DNA from: Macrostomum lignano | Taxonomy: Eukaryota | Direction: 5' to 3' | Length of the DNA: 64,000 nucleotides | Assembly (NCBI GenBank): GCA_002269645.1 | Contig: NIVC01000408.1 | Location: forward strand, 1 to 64,000 | Shown here: piece by piece, positions 1 through 13,039 of the stretch | Layout of the letters: every line of letters begins with the position of its first letter | Numbering within the stretch: the stretch's first letter is position 1 | Notes under the pieces: model-generated | What the model was told of the DNA's origin: nothing | Seen by the model: the letters and a program-made list of their open reading frames with translations, nothing else | The model's database searches: none | Made by a program: the position numbers and the translations under genes

Positions 1-73
1 CTGCCGCATCAGCAGGGGGTCTCGGGGCCCTCGATTTGCAGGCCGCTCATTTCCGACAGCGAAAACTGATGAG

Positions 74-184
74 TCAGCATGTCCTGGCGAAGCTGCTCGC
101 ACAGATGCACCATCGGCGGCGTGGCAGGCGGTGGTACAGCAGGGATGCAATGAAATCCACCGCTGCTGACACCTCTCTGTGCAT
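74..184 (-). pseudogene. Tob: Tob/BTG-family N-terminal fragment, apparently frameshifted/truncated
   Basis: Minus-strand ATG at 184 gives MHREVSAAVDFIASLLYHRLPRRR, matching the Tob N-terminus (M-x-x-E-I-x-V-A-L-N-F-I-I-S-Y-L-Y-N-K-L-P-R-R-R). The frame stops at 74-76. Weaker Tob-like pieces (VHLCEQLRQDML, SFRC, RDPLL) continue in other frames toward the window start. Confidence 0.55.
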
Positions 185-189
185 CCTCG

Positions 190-856
190 CTGTCTGCCTC
201 TGGGCTGTCTGCCTCTCTCAGCTGGGCTGTCTGCCTCTCTCAGCTGGGCTGTCTGCCTCTCTCAGCTGGGCTGTCTGCCTCTCTCAGCTGGGCTGTCTGC
301 CTCTCTCAGCTGGGCTGTCTGCCTCTCTCAGCTGGGCTGTCTGCCTCTCTCAGCTGGGCTGTCTGCCTCTCTCAGCTGGGCTGTCTGCCTCTCTGCTGGG
401 CTGTCTGCCTCTCTGCTGGGCTGTCTGCCTCTCTCAGCTGGGCTGTCTGCCTCTCTCAGCTGGGCTGTCTGCCTCTCTCAGCTGGGCTGTCTGCCTCTCT
501 CAGCTAGGCTGTCTGCCTCTCTCAGCTGGGCTGTCTGCCTCTCTCAGCTAGGCTGTCTGCCTCTCTCAGCTGGCTGTCTGCCTCTCTCAGCTGGGCTGTC
601 TGCCTCTCTCAGCTGGGCTGTCTGCCTCTCTCAGCTGGGCTGTCTGCCTCTCTCAGCTGGCTGTCTGCCTCTCTCAGCTGGGCTGTCTGCCTCTCTCAGC
701 TGGGCTGTCTGCCTCTCTCAGCTGGGCTGTCTGCCTCTCTCAGCTGGGCTGTCTGCCTCTCTCAGCTGGGCTGTCTGCCTCTCTCAGCTGGGCTGTCTGC
801 CTCTCAGCTGGGCTGTCTGCCTCTCAGCTGGGCTGTCTGCCTTTCTCAGCTGGGTT
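190..856. repeat. 22-bp minisatellite (CTGGGCTGTCTGCCTCTCTCAG)n
   Basis: About 30 tandem copies; explains ORFs 36-551 and 179-862. Confidence 0.95.
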
Positions 857-1740
857 GTGTAGCTGTGTAGCAGGATATTTTCTCATTATTTATTTCCCCA
901 TCTCAGTTGCTCCCATCCTCTCCCTCCCCTCCCCCCACAGCCAGTTAGCTGAGGCATAGAAGCGGGACAAGTGCAGATCAGTCAGTCGCATCAACGCCCC
1001 AGTTGCTGGAGTCTGTGTTTACCCAGTGTCATACCGTACATCATTCACTGCCAAAAACACCTGTGCCACTTGTCAGTTTGGTGTAGCGAGGCCTCAGATG
1101 CGAGTAGAAAGCTGTGGAATCAGGTCTGTTACATTTCGCGCGTTTGCTTTACTTCATTCTTATTCTTTGCTGCATGCTTATCAGCTGGATAGAATCGGGC
1201 CAATAAGGCAATATCTCCGCATTTGTGAGGCTTGTCAGCATTGCACATTGAAACACACAGGGGAAAATAACCGCAGAAGCCTTACGCTCGTATGGCTATG
1301 CCAGATCTCTGCAAGATCTCGGTGCAGAGGTTGGAGGTTACTCCTAGTCCCGAACTCATGGCTGCCAAATCCTTCAGTGCTTATTGATGAAGCCGGCAGA
1401 TGGCAGCTCAGCTTCCCCCCTCCTTTCTCTCTCTCTTATCTCCCAGAGCCTCTTCATCTGGAAAAGGGAAAAAAACAGTTGCAGCTTGCCTACATTCGGT
1501 GCAGGAGGTGCTGCTGATGACGCCACGCCGCCTTGGCTTTAGAAAAGTACTGTATTTTGAAAAAACAGAATGCATATCACTTTGCCACAAAATATGCATG
1601 CTTTCAGTTACTACATTTAAAGAAACTACATGTTTTTGTAAAAAATGTATTAGATATTACTTTAGCTCTTAAAACAGATTTATAATTGTAAAATTAGACA
1701 GCTCTTGAAATTCTGAGCTTCTACCCTCCTTGATGCAAAC

Positions 1741-2082
1741 TTTCTCCGCTGACAACTTTCCGGCTGGCAACTTTCTCAGCTGGCAACTTTCTCAGCTGGC
1801 AACTTTCTCAGCTGGCAACTTTCTCAGCTGGCAACTTTCTCAGCTGGCAACTTTCTCAGCTGGCAACTTTCTCAGCTGGCAACTTTCTCAGCTGGCAACT
1901 TTCTCAGCTGGCAACTTTCTCAGCTGGCAACTTTCTCAGCTGGCAACTTTCTCAGCTGGCAACTTTCTCAGCTGGCAACTTTCTCAGCTGGCAACTTTCT
2001 CAGCTGGCAACTTTCTCAGCTGGCAACTTTTTCAGCTGGCAACTTTCTCGGTATTTTCCGGCTGGCAACTTTCTCGGCTAGC
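1741..2082. repeat. 16-bp minisatellite (CTGGCAACTTTCTCAG)n
   Basis: About 20 near-perfect tandem copies. Confidence 0.95.
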
Positions 2083-2581
2083 AAAATTTGTGCTTTCGAG
2101 AATTTGAATTTTCCGTCAAACGCTACTTACAGTAGCTCAGAAGCAAATAGTTATTAATATAAACCGCTCGCAATCGCACGCTTAACTCTTAGATTACATG
2201 CAGATTTGAGAACGGCAGCAAAGGAAAATGCCCAAGCTTTCCGTTCCATGCAAAACCCAGTTAGGCCTCTCAACTTCCATGCTCCGTCAGAGCTGCCGCC
2301 TCGAGGATAATTGGATCGGATTATCGGGCTGAAGAACGAAAAAAATGGAAATCTCCAATTACCCAGAGCTGGGTTGGAGGGCTGGGATACATAAACAGCA
2401 GTCTCGGACAGATATCAGCCCAGGCGTGAGGCAAAATATTTTATAGACGCTGACAGCATTTGACAAGGGACCCTGGGCGACTGTTGACTCACCCTGTAAT
2501 TTTCTGCTGCTATTTAATACTGCTTGCTAGAAGCCGAGGCTCAGACCTCCGATTCTGTCTTCTGATCTGCTTTCGCTTGCA

Positions 2582-5500
2582 ATGGATCGCGAAGAGTTTC
2601 GCCGTCAGGGCAAGGCGATGGTGGACTTCATCGCCGACTATTTTGCCAGCTTCCGCCAGCGCCAGGTGGTCCCGGACGTCCGGCCGGGCTATCTGCGACC
2701 GCTGATCCCAGCAGAGCCGCCACAGGCTGGGGAACCGTTTGAGAACGTCATGGCCGACTTGGAGCGGGTGGTGCTGTCCGGGGTGAGACTGGAGTGTCTG
2801 CTCTCACCTAGCTGGTGTGTCGGGGGTGAGACTGGGGTGTCTGCTCTCAGCTAGCTGGTGTGTCCGGGGTGAGACTGGAGTGTCTGCTCTCACCTAGCTG
2901 GTGTGTCCGGGGTGTGTCTGCTCTCAGCTAGCTGGTGTGTCCGGGGTGTGTCTGCTCTCAGCTAGCTGGTGTGTCCGGGGTGAGACTGGGTATCTGTTCT
3001 CAGCTAGATCTTGTCAACTGAGCGTCAATCAACCCGTGCTCACCCCACGCCCAGGTGACAAACTGGCACCATCCGCAGTTCCACGCCTACTACCCGACGG
3101 CCAACACTTTTCCGTCAATTCTGGCCGACATGCTGAGTGACGCCATTGGCTGCATTGGCTTCTCCTGGGTGCGTTTGTGCAGCTGTTTTCATGGAAAATA
3201 GCCTTGCTTGACTGTATTTTTCTACTATAAGTAGGCTTGTTAGTGAAGATAGACGAAAACAGAACGAATTTTAAGAAAAATGCATCATCACTGAGGTAGC
3301 CAGCGCAGTTTGGTCCCAAGGGGGTTTGTATGTAGCCTTGGACTCACGACCTGAAGGTCGGGGGTTCGATTCCGGATCCCTCTGGAACAATCTGTGTCCT
3401 TGAGCAAGACACTTAACTCTGCATTGCTTCAGCTCACTCAGCTGTAAAATGGATGCCAGCATTAGCTGGGGTAATTGAGGGTGTGTGGCGACCCCCAGTC
3501 CTTGGACTGAACAGCCGTACGCAGCCTTCAGATGCGCCGAGCAATAGCTGCGGCTGAGCTGTCGGTTGCACATCTGCCTATTAGGGCAGGTGTAATCATG
3601 TAATCTGGATCATGGTGTTATCATGTATCATGTATAAGGCTAAGCTAAGCTGGTTCAAAGAAGAGACAAAGCCTTAATGATCCAGAAAGTCCTATTTAGG
3701 AAATTAAAAAAAATGTGTTAAATTAGAATTAAGTGAACCGAATGTACAACCTGCACTCAGATCGCCAGTCCAGCTTGCACGGAACTTGAGACTGTCATGA
3801 TGGACTGGCTGGCCAAGGCTCTGGGCCTGCCCGATCACTTCCTGTTCCCAGCTGGCGGCGGCAGCGGCGGAAGCGGCGGCGGCGGCGTGATCCAGGGCTC
3901 GGCAAGCGAGGCCACCTTGGTGATCTTCCTGTCAGCCAGGAACCTGGCCATCCAGCGCTTGCAGGCGCAGCAACCGGAGGCGCAGCAGCAGCCGAGTCTG
4001 GCGCTCTCGCGGTTGGTGGCCTACGCCTCCGATCAGGTGAGTGGCTGGTGATTTTGCGTCCGGTCATGAGGGATTCGCTTCCGGTCATGAGGGATTCGCT
4101 TCCGGTCATGAGGGATTCGCTTCCGGTCATGAAGGATTCGCTTCCGGTGATGAGGGATTCGCTTCCGGTCATGAGGGATTCGCTTCCGGTCATGAAGGAT
4201 TCGCTTCCGGTGATGAGGGATTCGCTTCCGGTCATGAGGGATTCGCTTCCGGTCATGAGGGATTCGCTTCCGGTCATGAAGGATTCGCTTCCGGTGATGA
4301 GGGATTCGCTTCCGGTCATGAAGGATTCGCTTTCGGTCATCAGGGATTCGCTTCCGATCAAATTCTGACAAATTCTGAAAAATTCTGACAAACATGTTCG
4401 CCCTATCAATGCAGGTGGTTCTTCAAAAGATTAGTGGAAAAAATTACTCGAAATTGCCTGTCGAAGTGCCTTCAAATTTTCTTAAAAATTTTTGACCTTC
4501 CGCTCGAATTCTTAATTGTGATTTGCGTCCTTTTTTCAACATCTGCTTTCAAAAAAACATTATTTTTTCAAAATCTGCTTTCTCAGAGCCACTCTTCGGT
4601 GGAGCGGGCCGCAATGCTGGCTTTTGTGCAGTTGCGCAAGCTGCCTACAGATGGCAAGCGCTCGCTGAGGGGCGACACCTTGGCCCGAGCTGTGGCTGAA
4701 GACCGGGCCAGAGGACTCGAGCCTATTTTGGTTGGTGCAGCCATGGATTTTGGATTTTGGAGAGGTGCAGGGAGTGAATGAGGTGGTTGCAGTGGTGAGG
4801 GGTTCGGAGGGGCAGGGAGTGAGGTGGCTGCAGTGGTGAGGGGTTCGGAGAGGCAGGGAGTGAGGTGGCTGCAGTGGTGAGGGGTTCGGAGGGGCAGGGA
4901 GTGAGGTGGCTGTAGTGGTGAGGGGTTCGGAGGGGCAGGGAGTGAGGTGGCTGTAGTGGTGAGGGGTTCGGAGGGGCAGTAAAACTATTTTGTTGGCTTA
5001 ACCGCAATTCGTAATCAAAGAGTGAGAATCCTAAGTCAATGCAATAACACACAACAATCCAGCTGATTACTACGCTAGGCACAACGAACTCGTGCGCCTT
5101 CGACAACTTGGCTGAACTGGGCGAAGTCTGTAAGCCACCGAGTAGTTTCAGCAAACTCTGATGGAGTTAAATTACACAAACGAAACAATGTCTTACTTGA
5201 TACATAAAATTTTTCGCCGCAGGCCAGAGCGAAGGTCTCTGGTGTCACGTGGACGCAGCCTACGCCGGCGCATCTCTGATCTGCCCCGAGTACCGACACA
5301 TCGCCAACGGAATCGAGGTATGGATGGACGCTACTAACAGTAGTTAAGACGTATCAAATTGAAGGGAAAAATTTGCTGTTGAGTCTTGAGTACGTTACCG
5401 ACCTGTGGCAGAGCAGCTCAGAGGTAAACGCGTCCGACTGTGGCACCATCCTTGGTTCGATTTCCCCAAGGCACAGACTGTACATGCCTGACGAATAGGA

Positions 5501-8500
5501 AGTCAGGGCCGCTGTACACCCTATGTGAGCGTGTGTCTGCGACAAACTTTTCAGCGTGCTGAAATGTCGAAGGTCTCGATTATGACGAACGAAAAACCAA
5601 ATACTGCAGACTCCTGGGTGCTTGACTATTCCAGAGTTCGAAAATGCATCTAGCCTTGATTTCACATTCAGCTCAATTAGCTTAAAAGTCCACGCACAGT
5701 TTTCATCCCAAACAGCTGGCCGACTCGTTCAACTTCAACCCGGGCAAGTGGCTGCAAATCACCTTCGACTGCTCGGCCCTGTGGCTGAAGGACTCGTCTA
5801 AAGTAGTCGACACGTTCAACGTTGATCCGCTGTACTTGCAGCACGAGTTCAGCGGCCAGGTGCCTGACTATCGGGTGAGCTTTATTGAAAGTACATTGGG
5901 TGTACTCCTGTTGGTTGTACGTACATTTACGATGTATTTTGGTTTATTCGTAGGATTTATATTGTATATTGGTTGCACATAGGATGTACATTGGTTGCAC
6001 GTAGGATGTACATTGGTTGCACGTAGGATGTACATTGGTTGCACGTAGGATGTACATTGGTAGCACATAGGATGTACATTGGTTGCACGTAGGATGTACA
6101 TTCGGTTGCACGTAGGATGTACATTGGTTGCACGTAGGATGTATATTGGTTGCACATAGGATGTACATTGGTTGCACATAGGATGTACATTGGTTGCACA
6201 TAGGATGTACATTCGGTTGCACGTAGGATGTATATTGGTTGCACGTAGGATGTACATTCGGTTGCACGTAGGATGTACATTGGTTGCACGTAGGATGTAT
6301 ATTGGTTGCACGTAGGATGTACATTCGGTTGCACGTAGGATGTACATTCGGTTGCACGTAGGATGTACATTCGGTTGCACGTAGGATGTATATTGGTTGC
6401 ATGTAGGATGTACATTCGGTTGCACGTAGGATGTATATTGGTTGCACGTAGGATGTACATTCGGTTGCACATAGGATGTACATTGATTGCACTCACTCGT
6501 AAGACAAAGATTGCATTGTACAACTGCAGCACTGGCAGATTCCGTTGGGTCGGCGTTTTCGCTCGCTGAAGATCTGGTTCGTTCTTCGCTCCTACGGCAT
6601 CGAGGGACTGCAGAGCTACATCCGGAAGGTGCGTCTCCCGACGTTGTCCAGCGTAAAATCCTAACAATTAATCAGGAGTCTGAGGCATGAATACTCATAT
6701 TGTCTCCTTTTCAGCATATCCGTCTGGCCAAGCAGTTTGAAGAGCTGGTGACTGCGGATGACCGTTTTGAAATTGTCGAGGAGGTCGTGTTCGGCCTGGT
6801 CTGCTTCCGGCTCAAGGCAAGGCTTGGGCTCTAAAGTCTTGGCTCTAGGGTGAATGGGGCAGAGAGAAGCCAGGGTACCCCGGGTTCGGTTCCATGTGCA
6901 TCCGCATTAATTTGAGGCTCGCGCTGTAAAATCAATTAAATTTTCGTCCGTGAGGGACAACCCCAATGGTGCAGAGTGTGTACGTGCCGCAGATGTCAGG
7001 AAGTCAAGGCCACTGTACACCTGTACACCTGTACACCCTGTACACTCTGTACAAATGTACATCCTTTACGCATTTTGCATCAAAGTGCGCAATCCTTGCT
7101 CTTGTAAGAATGCTCAACCGAGGCGCCTGACGCTGTAAAAATACAGATAATTGGGATGGGGGGGGCAGTGGCGAATTCTAAGGCAAAATGCCTGCAAGAG
7201 GTGATCCAATTTCTACAAGCGAAAGCTGCGGGTCCGCACATGGTGGCACCTGAGCTCCGGTCTCGATTTTTTTGTCTAAATTGCATGAGTAATTTTAATG
7301 ATTTGTGCCTGCCATAATTATTGTTCGCAGCAGCAAAGACAGACTTCTATTGGCAAATAGCAAGGGAGCTGATATAAAAAGTTATTTTTCCTTTGAAGTT
7401 TTCGGCTTTCTTTGACAAGAATCTTTGCTCACCTGAGTCTAGAAAGAAAGAATCGAATCAAGTGCAAAAAGTACCCGTGTGCTTTTGCAAAAGTATACTA
7501 AAAATAAATGTAATTTATATGGAAACCAAATTCTAATTCTCGTCAGGTAGCAGATTTTTCGGTTTTAACGAAGTAATTTTTTCGAAGTTTCCAGTTTTAA
7601 GAAAAGTTTCCAGTTTTAAGAAAAGTTTCCAGTTTTGGGAAAAGTTTCCAGTTTTGGGAAAAGTTTCCAGTTTTAAGAAAGGTTTCCAGTTTTGGGAAGT
7701 TTCCAGTTTTGGGAAAAGTTTCCAGTTTTGGGAAAAGTTTCCAGTTTTGGAAAAGTTTCCAGTTTTGGGAAGTTTCCAGTTTTTGGAAAAGTTTCCAGTT
7801 TTGGGAAAAGTTTCCAGTTTTGGGGTAAGTTTCCAGTTTTGGGGTAAGTTTCCAGTTTTGGGAAAAGTTTCCAGTTTTGGGAAGTTTCCAGTTTTTGGAA
7901 AAGTTTCCAGTTTTGGAAAAGTTTCCAGTTTTGGGAAGTTTCCAGTTTTTGGAAAAGTTTCCAGTTTTGGGAAAAGTTTCCAGTTTTGGGAAAAGTTTCC
8001 AGTTTTGGAAAAGTTTCCAGTTTTGGAAAAGTTTCCAGTTTTGGGAAGTTTCCAGTTTTGGGAAAAGTTTCCAGTTTTGGGAAAAGTTTCCAGTTTTGGG
8101 AAGTTTCCAGTTTTTGGAAAAGTTTCCAGTTTTGGAAAAGTTTCCAGTTTTGGGAAGTTTCCAGTTTTGGAAAAGTTTCCAGTTTTGGGAAAAGTTTCCA
8201 GTTTTGGGAAAAGTTTCCAGTTTTGGAAAAGTTTCCAGTTTTGGAAAAGTTTCCAGTTTTGGGAAGTTTCCAGTTTTGGGAAAAGTTTCCAGTTTTGGGA
8301 AAAGTTTCCAGTTTTGGGGTAAGTTTCCAGTTTTGGGAAGTTTCCAGTTTTGGGAAAAGTTTCCAGTTTTGGGGTAAGTTTCCAGTTTTGGGGTAAGTTT
8401 CCAGTTTTAAGAAAGGTTTCCAGTTTTGGGAAGTTTCCAGTTTTGGGAAAAGTTTCCAGTTTTGGGAAAAGTTTCCAGTTTTGGAAAAGTTTCCAGTTTT

Positions 8501-9558
8501 GGGAAGTTTCCAGTTTTTGGAAAAGTTTCCAGTTTTGGGAAAAGTTTCCAGTTTTGGGGTAAGTTTCCAGTTTTGGGGTAAGTTTCCAGTTTTAAGAAAG
8601 GTTTCCAGTTTTGGGAAGTTTCCAGTTTTGGGAAAAGTTTCCAGTTTTGGGAAAAGTTTCCAGTTTTGGAAAAGTTTCCAGTTTTGGGAAGTTTCCAGTT
8701 TTTGGAAAAGTTTCCAGTTTTGGGAAAAGTTTCCAGTTTTGGGAAGTTTCCAGTTTTGGGAAAAGTTTCCAGTTTTAAGAAAGGTTTCCAGTTTTGGGAA
8801 AAGTTTCCAGTTTTGGGAAAGGTTTCCAGTTTTGGGAAAAGTTTCCAGTTTTGGGAAAGGTTTCCAGTTTTGGGAAAGGTTTCCAGTTTTGGGAAAGGTT
8901 TCCAGTTTTGGGAAAAGTTTCCAGATTTGCGAAGTTTTGGGAAAGGTTTCCAGTTTTGGGAAAAGTTTCCAGTTTTGGGAAAGGTTTCCAGTTTTGGGAA
9001 AGGTTTCCAGTTTTGGGAAAAGTTTCCAGTTTTGGGAAAGGTTTCCAGTTTTGGGAAGTTTCCAGTTTTGGGAAAAGTTTCCAGTTTTGGGAAAAGTTTC
9101 CAGTTTTGGGAAAAGTTTCCAGATTTGCGAAGTTTTCCACTTTCTGGGATGTTTTCCGTCTTTGGAAATTGATTCCCGGTTTTGGTTTTTTTGAGGTTTT
9201 TGCAACGACACGAAGAATTTCCAGTTTTCCTTGATCATTCCGAGAGCATTAGCAAAGGTCAACTTGCTTCCTAGAAGCAGTGCATTTCATCCGCTAAAAT
9301 TATACTTAGCCTAAACCGTCCTAAAATTCAGTTATTGATATTTCCTATAAATTTCAGGGCGCCAACGCACCGAGTCGCGAGCTGTACCGCTGTATTAGGG
9401 AGGACGGCCGGATTCACCTCATCGCCTCCGAGTTCGAGGCCAGCGATACCTTCTTCATTCGGTTTGCCGTGTGCTCCGAATTCTGCGAGGCTGCCGATAT
9501 TCGCTACGCGTATGACGTCATCTCTGAGCTAGCCAATGAAGTGTTGTCCAAAAAGTGA
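2582..9558 (+). CDS. DDC: Aromatic L-amino-acid (DOPA) decarboxylase, PLP-dependent group II, 485 aa
   Basis: Exons 2582-2782, 3055-3168, 3761-4036, 4587-4730, 5063-5129, 5223-5317, 5716-5874, 6530-6628, 6715-6816, 9358-9558 (1458 nt, frame-consistent). Motifs: [83 protein letters not shown] (Gly) points to DDC rather than HDC (IPLSRR). A probable 5'UTR intron lies at 2426-2530. Confidence 0.95.
2776..3006 (+). repeat. ~43-bp tandem repeat containing copies of the DDC exon-1 donor
   Basis: GGG|GTGAGACT recurs at 2783, 2826, 2869 and 2980. Confidence 0.9.
3305..3580 (+). mobile_element. tRNA-headed SINE, family A (in DDC intron 2)
   Basis: Pol III B-box GGTTCGATTCC and a conserved-domain-like GTGTCCTTGAGCAAGACACTTAA. 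Near-identical body to the inverted copy at 46682-46960. Confidence 0.75.
4060..4358. repeat. 21-bp minisatellite (CCGGTCATGAGGGATTCGCTT)n
   Basis: About 14 tandem copies in DDC intron 3. Confidence 0.95.
4770..4979. repeat. ~41-bp G-rich tandem repeat
   Basis: GGGGCAGGGAGTGAGGTGGCTG(C/T)AGTGGTGAGGGGTTCGGA, about 5 copies. Confidence 0.9.
5411..5541 (+). mobile_element. tRNA-headed SINE, family B (internally shortened)
   Basis: CAGCTCAGAGGTAAACGCGTCCGACTG head and GGTTCGAT B-box. The 3' block TGTACATGCCTGACGAATAG.AAGTCAGGGCCGCTGTACACCCT is shared with the copy at 39625-39812. Confidence 0.65.
5962..6486. repeat. 22/23-bp minisatellite (GTAGGATGTACATTGGTTGCAC)n
   Basis: Tandem copies fill DDC intron 7. 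Confidence 0.95.
7585..9138. repeat. 17-19-bp minisatellite (TTTCCAGTTTTGGGAAAAG)n
   Basis: About 1.55 kb of tandem copies in the last DDC intron. Confidence 0.95.
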
Positions 9559-9824
9559 CGCTATTTTTTAGCGTACTTAGGACGTTAATACGCTGATTGA
9601 CCAATCAGGATCCATTTAGCGATGACGTCATCCTGTAGCGGACCAATCAGGCTTCATTTGGCGATGACGTCATCCTTTAGCGGACCAATCAAAGTAGAAT
9701 GAAACAAAGCAACATGCACTTGTTTATCCTTATTTAAACCCCGGGATTCTCCTTGTGAAGAAAAATGATTTGGGAGATTCCTTTTGATTGTTTTATGGTT
9801 AATTTAGCCACACGATGACGTCAT
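9512..9824. promoter_or_regulatory. Cluster of four ATGACGTCAT (CRE/ATF) palindromes interleaved with CCAAT boxes
   Basis: TGACGTCA at 9513, 9623, 9665 and 9816, each within ATGACGTCAT. GACCAATC occurs three times between about 9599 and 9690, forming a ~42-bp duplicated unit. Confidence 0.6.
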
Positions 9825-10274
9825 GTTACTACTGCCTAGTAGCGTCAAATTAGATAATATTATTATAGATAAAAACACGTTTGCAGGTGTTAGAAAATGT
9901 TTAAACTAATGTCATATTCATGGAATAGTTTCAATACATTATATTAATAAGCATTAATAAAACTGTCTGATGATTATTAGCGCTTAATTAGTATTAGCAA
10001 TGGTTTTGTAGTTATTTTTGTATCTATTTTTTAACCAATATGTTCAACACAATATATATAACCTTTGACAGATATCGACTCTACCACCGAAAAATATTGG
10101 CCTGTTTGCTCAATGGACACACAAAACAGGCGGACTCGATTGTGACAGTAAGCTCCACAACAGTGCAGCACAGCAACACCACCTCTACAATTGGAGAGTT
10201 AAAAATACATTAAACAGTTATACAAGAATTTCTTTTGAGGAGACGGCAGGGTGGTGACCTTATAGTCGGCGAGT

Positions 10275-12678
<2,404 letters not shown>

Positions 12679-12744
12679 TGCGTTTGGTTGGGTGTCTGGG
12701 AGTTGCTGGGACGGCGGCCTGCGATTCTTCCCATCACCCGCTCG

Positions 12745-12800
12745 TATTTATATGGAAACGGGAACAAAGTCGCGAGACCCGACAACGCCTGGCCAATGGC
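12745..12800 (-). promoter_or_regulatory. Putative Not core promoter (TATA box plus CCAAT box)
   Basis: TATAAATA on the minus strand at 12745-12752, about 70 nt upstream of the ATG at 12678. CCAAT at about 12793. Confidence 0.5.
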
Positions 12801-13039
12801 TACCTGGGATACTGGGAGTAATTACCAAAGCGCACAGGAAAATTGTCCTCAGATCAAAGCCATGGAAACCCCCCCCAAATCCCCATTAGCTATTTTATCC
12901 TCTCAGAATCTTATCGTAGGCTGTATTACATGTACGAGTATTAACAGAAGCCTACGCACATTGTAAGCTCTTACTGAGCACTCAGAAAATCTGGTTTTAG
13001 CAGTTGGCTACTCATATTTGCCATAGACTGCAGACAGAT

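Noticed and set aside
1026-1517. 163-aa plus-strand ORF upstream of DDC
   Set aside because: No recognisable domain, non-ATG start, and splice signals here lie on the minus strand.
7654-9262. Long ORFs of up to 529 aa ([13 protein letters not shown] repeats)
   Set aside because: Translation of a stop-poor 17-19-bp satellite inside a DDC intron; open in several frames.
2582-9558. Histidine or tyrosine decarboxylase assignment
   Set aside because: IPLGRR (not IPLSRR), the N-terminal [16 protein letters not shown], the protein length and the lack of a long C-terminal extension fit DDC better. Only the NPGK motif is atypical.
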